From: Auanema rhodensis
Taxonomy: Eukaryota > Animalia > Nematoda
Length of the DNA: 64,000 nt
Direction of reading: 5' to 3'
NCBI GenBank assembly: GCA_964057225.1
Contig: OZ059898.1
Coordinates: 7,688,001-7,752,000 of the forward strand
Part shown: one piece after another, positions 39,707-51,800 of the stretch
How positions within the stretch are numbered: the first letter of the stretch is position 1
How the letters are laid out: each line of letters begins with the position of its first letter
Position numbers and translations under genes: made by a program
Notes under the pieces: model-generated
Told to the model about the DNA's origin: nothing
Databases searched by the model: none
The model's input: only the letters and a program-made list of their open reading frames with translations

Positions 39707-41192
39707 CTAATTATCTCCAACTCTTCCTCGTGTTTTGAAAAGACGATGTGCTTTATTTGAACTGTTCTTCCAGCGAAGATCGAATCTTCTACGATAACTG
39801 TCGATGTACTTAAGATCACGCGCAATTTGATGAGCTTGTCTTCCTATACATATTATTCCGTTAAAATACAAAAATTTAAATACTACCCGTTGTATTTGTC
39901 CAAGCCAAAGCAGGAAGAATTCCTTTGGCTCTATCAATAGCAGTTCGCCCATGATCCATTCGCTGACTAGCAACGGGCTTAATATACTGACGATAATAAA
40001 TCATCAGGCCCCTGTGTCCAATTTTTGCGCCTGAAACTACCGAATAATATAATATCTAATGTAAAGATAGACCTGAAGGTAAGGTTAGTGTCCAACCATC
40101 GTCATATATCACATCAGTAGACGACTCTTCTCCTTCATACATGGGACTATAAATTAAATATAGAAAAAAACAGTCATTAATTTTACCTGTAGTCATAGAA
40201 CTCTGCAAACTCTAGCATGCTTTGAGGATCCCTAGCTAACTTGCAATGTTCCTTGTCTTTCATATGTTTTTGGCAAGAATCAACGGTAGCAAATCTGCTG
40301 CGTATATCAGGACAATATATGCAGCATCGACCAGCTCCAACTTTCAAACCTATCACACAACTATTATGGGGAATACATGTAAACTTAGGTACCGAGGTAA
40401 TGCATAAGTCCCTTCTCATCAATTAAATATTGCTTATCCGGTACAATGAACCCATGATGAAAACGCATGTGCTCCATTTTTTCTTCCATGGTGCGCTTAT
40501 CTTGTGGACAGAACAAACACTTTGTGATGGGAATAGCCTAATAATTGTATTAGTTGCAGCAGAGAAAATGTTTAGTACTTGGGATTCATCGTAATCATAC
40601 TCCTCTTCATCAGAGCCATTATCAGTTTCCCAGCCAGTACTATCATCGTCATCATCATCTTCTTCATCCATGACAATATCATTAACATTACTAGTGATGA
40701 CAGGGGTACTGGTAGGGTCTGCTTTCTTGAACGATCGAAGAATTAGACATTTTAAAAAATAAGCAAACCTTCCTAGGCTGTTTAGGCCCCTTCTTCTCTT
40801 GATTCTTCTCTAGTTCTTTGTGTTTATTACTAGCAAAATGATTATCCAAAGCGTTTTGTGATTTTAAATTTTTTTTACAAACTTCACAATAGAAACTTTT
40901 AACAGCATTCGCCTTATCCTGCAGGAAAAAATTAGAACATTTGATATTTAATCCGTAAAACCAACCTCTTTCTCTTGTTTGAAGTTTAAAACTTTATCCC
41001 TGAACTGTTCAGCTGTTACAGGAGGCAAATCAGCAACCTAAATATTATTTTCAAAACTCGTTTTCTTGATTAACTTGCATTTCTCTTCATGTTGTACCGA
41101 TGCCAATCAGATCGGTAATGATCTCTTTGAACATCTGCATTTTGGAAAACTAGATGGCATGTAACACATGTTAATCCTGTTGAAGGATCCAT
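39707..41192 (-). CDS. ZNF622/Rei1 pre-60S maturation factor (C16A3.4-like)
   Basis: MDPSTGLTCVTCHLVFQNADVQRDHYRSDWHRYNMKRN/VADLPPV, CQKHMKDKEHCKL, TLTLPS/GAKIGHR.LMIYYRQ. Confidence 0.93.
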
Positions 41193-41348
41193 ACTATAAG
41201 TAAATTACAATAAGAATAGAATAATGTTGTTATTCAAATATTGAGAAGCCATAAACTTCAAATAAAAAAGATTTAACTCAAAATATCAACTTCAGTAACA
41301 ACAAGGAATAACAGCATAACATTCAGATTATAACAAATAAAACAGATT

Positions 41349-42676
41349 TTAAGCCTTTTGTTTTCGTTGGGTCTCGGCCTCCTCTTCATATTCAATTTCG
41401 ATTTGTGGGCGTCTCTTACGCTGAACCTAAAGGACCAGGACAACTAGATCAAACGAATTAATAAAATATTACCTTGGTTGGTTTAACAACTTTCTTTGCA
41501 ACAGGCTTTTTAGCTGCCTTCTTCTTCTTCTGAGGTGGCTCGTCATCTGAGCTCTCTCCGCTCTAAATATTATTTTTAATTTTTAAATAGCGAAAATAAA
41601 GACACCTCTTCCTCTTCATCCTCATTTTCTTCATTGTCGTCCTCATCCTCATCTTCCTCGTCTGGTCTTTGCCAGTCTTCTTCCTCACTATCAGTATCTG
41701 GTGGAGTCCAATGACCATCTTCAATATCCTCTTCATCAGATGATTCAAAATCTTCTACGTATTCACGGTGTCCGACACCCTGAACCAAAGTAAGAGGTAT
41801 ATACTACAAGATTATCAAGTTCTGACCTCTTCAACTTCTTCTTCTACTTCGATTTCTCGATCTTTTTCACTTTCATCAATCAATTTCTCAAATGCAGCCT
41901 TATTAAAGTTATACATATCACCATAAGTTCCTTGTCTGAAAAATACATTATGAGGAGAAATTAGTACAACACTCATACTTCAAGCGATCCAGAAGTTCTT
42001 TCTCAATAGCATTGTCTAACTTTGCAGCAATTAAAGCCTTTTCTTCCCTACGTTTTTCTCTTCTTTCTACTTTGCGAGCTACAGGAATGATTTTCTTTGC
42101 TCTGTAAATTTATTATTTCATACTTTAATGCAAGTGTAGAACTTACGTTCCCTTGATAGCCATTTTTCGCATTCTAATAAGGTATTGATGAATACGAATA
42201 AGACGAGCTTTACATTTTTGTCTCACATATTCACTCCAATGCAAAGTGTGATAACTTATTTGCTCCAAAGCCTGTAAATATTTTAACACTTGATATAAAT
42301 TTGAGAAAAAAATCTGTGCATACCTTAGCCATGTCACGTGATAACTTAACTTTCTCCCATAATCGTCTAGGATAATGACTACGTTCAACAACTTTCAAGT
42401 ACAAATAACAAACGCCTTGAAAATTTCTTTAAGAATATCTTACATCATGATATAGCGTACCTTCTTCTTCTCTTACTGTTGCGTATTGTGAATTTGATAG
42501 TGGGCACGAAGCTCTATTACATACACCTGTTAGATTGTACTCATTACGACAAAACATTTTTGGCTTTGTCCTATGATTCAAAAACTTTATTTAATTACAT
42601 CAAAATTAACAAACCATGCTTTAAAAGCACATTGTCCTTTATTAAGAATATTCCATGTAATATCGTCACACTGCAT
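41349..42676 (-). CDS. MAK16 ribosome biogenesis protein (C16A3.6-like)
   Basis: [72 protein letters not shown], acidic tail, RPQIEIEYE. Confidence 0.95.
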
Positions 42677-42849
42677 TTTTACCCTTGAAAAAATTATTAT
42701 TCTGCCGTCAAGATTAATAAATTAAATATAGGATTGATAAAAACAATTATTTAAAACAAATATTTAAATATTTAATAAACGTTTATAAAATAAAAAAAAG
42801 AAAGTGATGGGAATAGGCATGCAAGGCACCCACATTTTCAAGTAAACGA

Positions 42850-45800
42850 CTATACATCTAGAAATTGTACAACTTGGTTCACACATTCGTTTAACACATC
42901 AGAAACCGTCTTTATGTCAGGATTATGTACAGGTTCCTCTTCCTCGTCACTCCACCAATTTGGATCTTTTTTACTTGAAAGGTTCACCACAGGATTAGAT
43001 TTTTTCTTTCTCGTCTCTTCACTATTGCTAGTTTCGTCATCACTACCTAAGACAGAGAAGAAATTTTGTTGCTTTAACGGTGCAGGCTTTGCGATTGTAA
43101 CCGGCAGTCGTTTAAAAACCTAAAAGAAAATTACTCATACAAATGTTCTTTGTTGCTTTGGAACCTTCTTAGTAGATTTCAGCAATTTCATTCCTTCTTC
43201 AACGGGAGCTGGCTCTTTCTTTACTTCGTCGATCAAAGTGCTAAAATAACATTCAGTTCACATTTGGTTTAGTATAAGAAGTTTTTACTTCTTAAGAGTA
43301 GTAACTCCAGCTGCTTTGAGCACAAATGGATATTTGCGTAAATCGGTTAAACAAATCAAAGGAATTCGAGAAGAACATCTAAAAAAATTAATTTGAAACT
43401 CAAGCAGAATAAATCTTATAGATAACCTCCTTGCTGTGACAATAACACTTCTTTTAGGTGGATTATCTACACTAACAGTTGTCATGTTAAAGAGATTGGC
43501 ATATTCGTGAATGAACCTACGCCGTTCTAATGGCATAGGGCGGAATGAATGCGAAAGACCCTCAGATATAGTAACCTAAAAATTCTTTTAATACAGGATA
43601 CTTTCGTGTAACTAACGTCAGCGAATTTGTTGGCTAAAGCACAAAGAATACTTTCTACTTCAGAAACAAATTGAGGGTTTTTACGGTATACTTCCTAAAA
43701 TCAACATATTGAATAACTACTATTGCTTTTCAAATACCTTTAAACTCTCTGTAAAAGTTACTGTAGGTTCCTCTGTCTGTAGATCTTCATCTGTTACAAT
43801 AGAAAGAGCATCCGCAAGCTTTTTGTTCCTAGCTACTTTTTTACAATCTTCATCACATGATATACTAAAAAAATATGTATACATAATCAATTTCAGAGTA
43901 TTAGTAAACCATGACAGCTTTTCCATGCTTAAAGATCTTATTAAAACCCCAGGATGACCACCCGGAACTTGTTTTCCTTCCTCAGCTACAGCAAGAGCAG
44001 CATTAACTCTCATAATAGCACCTACAGACTAAAAATATTCAACATAAAAGTAATATATGAAATGTGTGCAAACCTCGTAGCATTTCATTTTGCTCTTTCG
44101 ACGTCCACAATCACAGGTAACCTCAACTGAATGCATACATTTGGTTTCGGGGCATTCTGCATTAGGATGACAAGCCATAGCGCAAGGATGTTCACAATTT
44201 TCTCTCAAAGCATTGCAAGGTCTCTTACAGACAGCATTTTCCTAAATATTTGAGTATGACAAAATTAAAGCGTATAATAATATTACTTCTTGACAAGCTC
44301 CAGGATGGCAGTTTCTGTCACATGAATGAACACCACAAGATAACGGCTTTCCACATAGTTTTCCACAAGAAACCCCAGAGAAATGACAAGGAATATTTTT
44401 GCGAATTTCATGCCCACCATAGCAATATTTTTCAACTAATGTGGTACAGGGGGGACAATTTTGATCCGAGTGGCACCGATGAAATACTGGATGATTACAA
44501 GAATGCTCACGAGCACAAGGCTCATCACATGGTGGAGGTGGTTCACCACACGGAATTGGAGGTAGACGGACAGTTTTCCCGCAATGACAATATTGCTCAG
44601 TAAAGCCTGGATTAAAAAAAGAGAATGTAAACTATTAGTGACTTTTTAAAACTCACTGGCATTCAAGCATGGACGGCATTGTCCCGAATGGCAAACGAAT
44701 TCACAGAAATGTTGCCCACAGGCTAATCTTCTATTACACAGCTATAAAATATATGTAATTGAAAAACTATACAAATTAAAATACTTGGAAACAAGTGAGA
44801 TCATGGTCAACACAGCAAAATTCTTGACATTTATGTACTCCACATGATTTTTTTTTACGGCACTTTTTATCGCAAATCAACTCATTACGCTCTGCAATAA
44901 ATTATGAAGTATCAAAACCCTGACATATAATTAGAATACCATTCAACCGGTTAGGAACTTGTGAACATGGAATTTCTTCAGTAGTTAGCTTGCATCTGCA
45001 TTCAATTCTTGTAACATCTTCGCATGGTGGACAAGGACCGACATGACATTGTTGTCGACAACGATGAGCTTTAAACAACATTTTTATATGAAAAAATTGT
45101 TAAACCTACTTTGATCTCCACAGAGTAAACGCTTATTACAAGTATTTGCACATGTAGGTATTGGATCAGCACAAGAACTTCTCGAAGCGGACATAGCTTC
45201 TAAACTCATTTTTCCACATGGGCAGTGAGTAATCCTTTCAGGGGCTGTTGGACAAGAACCACAGCCTTTAGTTATATCATGACATCTGAAAAAGTTGGAA
45301 TTAATTAAATCGGAAAACAGTAAAATTACCGAGTGGTGCAGGAATGAATTCCACACTTGTATTTACCGGAACAAGGAGAATCACAACTGTATTTATCATT
45401 TTCATTTATAGATATATCACACTCTAATTCCTTGCTATCTTTACCACAATAACAATCTGAAACACGTATAAATTAGTAGCGAAAGATAAAGTTTATAAAT
45501 TTACGTTGAATTATTTTCACTTCGCATTCGTTACAAGAGCCCTCATGACAATTTTCAGCACATTCATGAACTCCACAAGCCAGAAGTTTACCACATTTGT
45601 TTGAACACTAAAGAAGTATATTAAGATATTATAAATCTAAAAACAAACCTTAATTGACTGTCCACATCTAACCATTCTAGTTGTAGAACCACAAAAACAA
45701 ACTTTCATTACTTGACTAATACAATCTGGGCATGGACCAGGATGACAGGGTTCATTACAAGGATGAGAACAATCTTCTCCTCTTTTAGCTCCGCAAATGC

Positions 45801-47085
45801 CTCCACAAGCATGGGGCCTTTCTCCACTTCAAAAAAAAAAATAATAGTTAAAACGACAAAAACCTACACTTTAGTCGTTGGGTTTTTCTGTTTTCCACAG
45901 TAGCAATCGTAGAAAGGAGTTTTGGTATACTTGGCCTTACATGCTGGACAATTCCAACTTGAAAAAAAATTTTTGAAATAATTAAGGGTAAAACAACTTA
46001 CAATCCTTGTTCTCCTATACTTTTAGAAGCCCAATCAAGAATACAACCGCCAGAAATGTGAAATACGTGGTAGCATTCTTTACAAGACCAAACTTTCTAA
46101 AATGAAGTTGAATAAATATAATGTAGATAAATATTACTTGGCGAGGTCCGATGTTCTGGAAACAAATCATACACTCATATTTATTATTTTCTAATTGAAA
46201 AATTAGTCTTTCTGAAAAAAACATTATTATATAAATTTCACGAAATTCCAGAATTACCTCTAAAAGATAAAGAATCAACGTCTACAGACACTCTCTGTCG
46301 ATTTTTTCTTTGTTGTCTAGGTTTGCTAGCTTTACTAAAAACACCAGTGTAAATTGATCAAAAAATTAATATTCACTCACAAAGTTTGCGGCCTCTGTGG
46401 ATCTGTATTTCTAGATGTTGATGGCTTGTTTTGGTTAAGTTTTGAATCATTAGATTCATTTGGAAAGGGACCACCAGGTTGAAAAACAGGGGCATTTGCA
46501 TTGAATGGGAATGTACGACTATTTCCTGTATTTCTTCTATTATTTCGTCTACCTTGTTTAGGTTTTTCACTGAAAAAACGGTTTACACCTATTGATCACT
46601 ATTGAACATACTTTACTCCATTTCGTGTGAAAGAAGTAGTATCAAGAGAGACACTTGAAGGTACAACTTGTGTTGTTTCAATTCGTTCTCTTTGAAGAGG
46701 AACATGAGTAAGATTTCCTCCAGAATAATTTGGTTGTCTAAAACCTCTGGATCCTCCATGTCCTCTGTTAGAACCTAGACCTCTATGCGATGGTCTAGTA
46801 TTTTGATTAAAGTGGCGCTTATTCTGAATATTAGGAACATTTTTAGAGTCATCATTACTTGTTGTAGCATGGAAATTTCTGGAAACAAATTATCTTTAAC
46901 ATTTCAAAAAAAAAAAACACATACGTTCCTCTAGAACTTGAAGGCACATCAAAGTCTTCTGCAACAGATACTGCTACAGAAGAACCCTGATTATTATTTT
47001 TTGGCCTATGACGCCTTACATGTCTTGGTTTTCTTCGTTGATCTGTCTCAGACCCAGTATTATTTGTTTCAGATTGGGTGTTCAT
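42850..47085 (-). CDS. nfx-1: NF-X1-type zinc finger protein with RING/PHD, NF-X1 Cys repeats and an R3H domain
   Basis: YECMICF...WSCKECYHVFH, multiple C..LL.CG.H.C...CH.G.C repeats, R3H (HSFRPMPLERRRFIHEYA...DNPPKRSV). Confidence 0.93.
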
Positions 47086-48074
47086 GAGGAGATGTAATCC
47101 TGATATAGCGAGAAATAAGGAAATATTTACATTAAAAAAGAATAAAAACAATTATTATAAGATGAAAAGAGAGAAAAGATAAAACAATTCACTTTTTAGA
47201 AAATTTAACAACTATTTTCTTATTTTCTGAAGCCCTTAGCTTATATATGATCCCAATCGTTTGCGATTACCATTGTGAATCGTGTCACATTGTTGTGCAA
47301 TATTTCAAACACTATCTTTACAGATGTTTGAAAAACTCCCGTCAACATAATTTTCGTTGGTTTTTTCTTTACTTGTGATTCAACTTTTGAATATTACTAA
47401 AGCAATTGAAAAGTTAATGTGTGAAACTGATTTATCAGAATCAATTATTGTTTATTAACATAAAATAATTCTGTGTATATAAGACAATGTATATTACGGT
47501 GACATTTCGATATATCTCGGACAAAGTGAGGCTATTCAATAAAATTTCTAAAAATTAATAATAATATTTAACATGTTTGAGTTAAAAGAATTTTAAAATT
47601 AGGTGATATTAATAATAATCTAATATATCATAACAATACTCAATTTTTTTCAAATCAGCCTTTGGTGATTTAATAACAGAATTATTAAAAATATTTCATC
47701 CACCCTGAATTTTCATTTTTTAAGTTATGTATAACTGCTTTTAATCCTTAGATAGCAACTATAAGAAACATTGCAATAACATTCATTATATAGTCTTCAC
47801 ATTCTTCACAGAGAAGATATTAAAAATTGTCAAAAAGGTCCTGCAACGCAGACGCGATACCGTAATTCAAGTGAAGCGGAGAATTCTTTTAGGTGGATAT
47901 AGTATTTCCAAAGGTTACGAACAACTTCAATTAATACTCATATCGTTCAGTTATCTTTATTTCTTTACATTTCTGGTAATATAGTGCGATTTTTACTTTA
48001 TCTCTGGTTATCTTATATTATTGCTAGTATCGCCAGTAACGCCGGATTTTTACTTATAATATTTAGAAGTCAAC

Positions 48075-48691
48075 ATGGGTCGCATGCACAATCCAGGAAA
48101 GGGTATGTCTAAGTCGGCATTGCCCTACCGCCGCTCTGTTCCTTCCTGGTTGAAGCTCTCCAGCGAGGATGTGCAGGAGCACATTGTTAGACTCGCCAAG
48201 AAGGTTTGTAATTGTGTTGGGTTAGAAGGTTCGATTCCTGATATCACCAGCACTTGCCGAATTACTCGTAGGGGTTTATTAGGCACATTATGAATAACAT
48301 GTGTTAAGTAAAATTGTTTTAGGGTCTTCGTCCATCCCAAATTGGTGTTATCCTCAGGGATTCCCACGGAGTTGCTCAGGTCCGTCGTGTCACTGGCAAC
48401 AAGATCTTCAGAATTCTCAAGGCTAAGGTTCGTCTTTCTTTAAATTTATTTTTTATATTGATGTTTTAGGGTATGGCCCCAGAAATCCCAGAGGATTTGT
48501 ACCATCTTATCAAGAAGGCCGTCTCTATCCGCAAGCATCTTGAGCGTTGCCGCAAGGATATCGATTCCAAGTACAGACTTATTCTTGTTGAGTCTCGTAT
48601 CCATCGTCTTGCTCGTTACTACAAGACCAAGAAGCAGCTCCCACCTACCTGGAAGTACGAGTCTGCTACTGCTGCCTCTCTTATTTCATAA
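48075..48691 (+). CDS. rps-13: 40S ribosomal protein S13 (uS15)
   Basis: [18 protein letters not shown].../[16 protein letters not shown].../[15 protein letters not shown]...[11 protein letters not shown]. Introns 48204-48321 and about 48428-48469. Confidence 0.98.
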
Positions 48692-48779
48692 ATTCGTTGT
48701 TGAAAATAAAATTGTTATATCTAACTGTGTTTCTGTTTCTATGGGTGCAATTTTGGGAGGGGTATAGTCGGTCATACGT

Positions 48780-48793
48780 GTTGCCATGGTGAT
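48780..48793 (+). promoter_or_regulatory. X-box (RFX/DAF-19 site) of dyf-2
   Basis: GTTGCCATGGTGAT fits the RYYNYY-AT-RRNRAY consensus and lies immediately upstream of a ciliary IFT gene. Confidence 0.75.
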
Positions 48794-48804
48794 CGGGTTC
48801 GTCA

Positions 48805-51800
48805 ATGGCGTCTATGAAGGTTGGTTTTTATATAAATTTTAATGTTTGGAAAAATCCTTGATAGTGAGTTATCATTGGAACTTTTAGTTATTGTTTCGTA
48901 AAACTGATGCTGACATCGGAACAGGGAGTTGTATTTTTGCCTGGAGACCTCTTAGAAACTCTATAGCTGTTGCTGGGTAGTTCATAAATTAATTTTGTAT
49001 TGTACTGAATTGAAAACTTCAGTGGAAATAACTCTGTTCATCTTTTTGAAAGACGTGGAGAATTAATAGATGCCCTGGAACTTACTTCGTAAGATATTTT
49101 AGCTCCTCTCGTAATGGATAGTTTCTATATAGCAAAATTATTGGAATATCATGGGATCGTGAAGGAGATGTATTGGCTATTATAACAGAATCTACATCAC
49201 AGTTGTTACTGTGGGACTATAATACCAAACAAGCTGATGTGATAGACATAAGTATGGGCTCACGGTAAGATATTGTCTTTCAGCATCATAGTTTTGTTAA
49301 TTGTTCAGCGAAGTAGCTTCATGTGTAGCATGGTCAAACCATGGACCTCTACTGGCGTTAGGTACCCATAATGGAAATCTTTTTATATATAACCATAGAA
49401 CAGCAAGGTAAATGCTGCTAATTATAAAAATTGTTAGAATGCATAATCACAGAAAAGTTCCAAGTATTGGTAAGCACCAAAGAAAAATCACAGGTGTAGT
49501 GATTACAAGGTTAGATCAAATAGTAAGCTGCTCGGAAGATAATACAATTATAGGTTAGCTATATTACTTTTGAGTTTTGAGATAGAAAAATTAGTTTGAA
49601 AATTCTATAATGACTTGTTTTAGTTTCTTCTGTGGATGGAGAAACGTTAAATACGTTTCCGGTTAGCGGTATCCCTAGTCAGTTGAGTGTAGGAGAGATA
49701 AAAAAAGGAAACGGATCATTTGAAATAATTGTAAACATTTTTAAAATAAGTTCCCATAAGCTACAACAGTTTATAGATCAGCTCAGTTTTATCGGGGAAG
49801 ATTTTATTTTTCATGCCGATTGATAATGCTGATGCTCAAACAAATTTACAATTTCAAGAAAAATATGGAAATATTGTGTCGTATAAATGGTATGCGGATC
49901 CTAAATATTGTTTTGATAAATTTTACATTAGGTATAATGAGGGTTTAATTATGCTTGGATTTGATAAAGGATTCATGGTTATCATATCAGCTCATCGCTC
50001 TGAAATTGGAACGGTAAATTTGTATTTCCATTATATTTATAATATAATTTTAGGAATTAAATTGCTTCGCTGAGTATAAAACTTATTTAAGTCATGTAAC
50101 CACTAATGAAGTATTTCAATATATCATTAACATTGGAGATAATCAGTAATATAAAATGAAGAAATTGAACTAATTTATTTATTGTAGAATCCGTATTCGA
50201 GATATGGAACAAAGTCAAGATTTACAATTAATGACCGATATTGATACTGATAAAGGTATGGTATTTTCTCAAAACAAACAAACTTTTTTTGTTACAGAAT
50301 TAGATAAAGTTGAATGTTCATCTGATGGCCAATTAGTATGTGTATCATCCATATCTGGAGCAATTTCTGTATATTTAACACGCATGCCGATATTGACAGC
50401 TGCTCGTGGTGATATTATAGCGATTTTAACTTCACTGACTCAGATTACTATACAAAGAGAAGGAGATAGAGTACAATAAAAATTTTGAAATTATTTTCAA
50501 AAAAATTTAAAATTTAAGAATAAAACTAGAGTTGTCGATGTGGCTGTTGAACCAACATTAATTGCCGTGGGCCCATACTACATCGCAGCTACAACGAATA
50601 ATAAAATTTGGTTTTATGAATATCCCAACAGTAAGTTTGTTTAATCATTTTTTTTTTGAAAAATAACAGAAACTTTTATATTTTGATAATGGTAATCGAT
50701 GCCTATAAAAATATATTTAGGTAATACTGGGCAATTGGTAAGAGAATGTGAATATCTTTCAACAATTCTTCAAGTATCATTAAATGCAGAATACGCAGCT
50801 GTGGTAATGGAAGGAAAAGTTCGCCTGCATAAGGTAATATTTTTTCTTCAATAAGAATTAAAAATATGAACTATTTTTAAAGATTTTGGACAAAGATGAT
50901 GAGATTTCAATCACATTTCCTGAATCATCGAGAAATGCAAGACTTATATCTGCTTCTCTCACTAGTCATTTTCTTATATTCACTACAGATGTAAGTATAG
51001 TTTGGACTATATATCTATATTATATTTCAGTCGAACTATGTCATATACTTTTCATTGGACGAATGGGCTGTAGTCAGTGAATATCGACATGCATCTTCAA
51101 TCAGACACATAACTCCTGACTCGAGTGGCTTGCGGTGTTGTGTTTTTGATGAACGCATGGATACCTGGGTTTACAGGCAAGAAAAATATAAATTGGGAAA
51201 AAATTGATCTTTTTAGTCCTGTAGATGATTCAATGCTTAAACTTCCCCCGATTGGTCCTTCCGTTTTGGTAGGGTTAAATTGGTATTCAACTAACTATTT
51301 AAAATTCAAACTTATAGTATACATCAGCTTTATGGGAAACTTTTACTATTGATCGTAACACATTTGTTGTATATGATACAAACAATATTTATGTTTTTCT
51401 CGTTTCCAAAAGTCAAGTTGAAGGTGTCAAAAATATCTAAAAAATGCTTGTTAAAAACTTATCTTTAAGGAGAATCGATAGTATTTATTGGAACAACCAA
51501 GTTGCCTTATGGTAATCAACCTCTTTTACTAAATAAGGTAACTATACTTATGTATTTTATTTATTTTAATATCATTTTAAAGGGAATTGTACAATGCATA
51601 ACCTCTAACGGAAAAGTAAATGGTGTTCTTTTAGACAGTCATAGAACTGATACTATATTAGAAAACAAAAAGAATGAAGAGGTAAAGTTTTATTTCATAA
51701 ATAAACTAATACTTTACATTGTTGAGGTACGAGAATTACTTAACAAGGCTCTTACTTTGCGCAGGTAGTTCTTTCTTTTTTCTTCATTATACAATTTTTG

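Noticed and set aside
47808-47820. ACAGAGAAGAT resembling the U6 ACAGAGA box
   Set aside because: The flanking U6 sequence (5' stem, TAGCATGGCCCC) is absent.
48228-48238. GGTTCGATTCC as part of a tRNA gene
   Set aside because: No D arm, anticodon arm or A box; it only caps an intronic hairpin.
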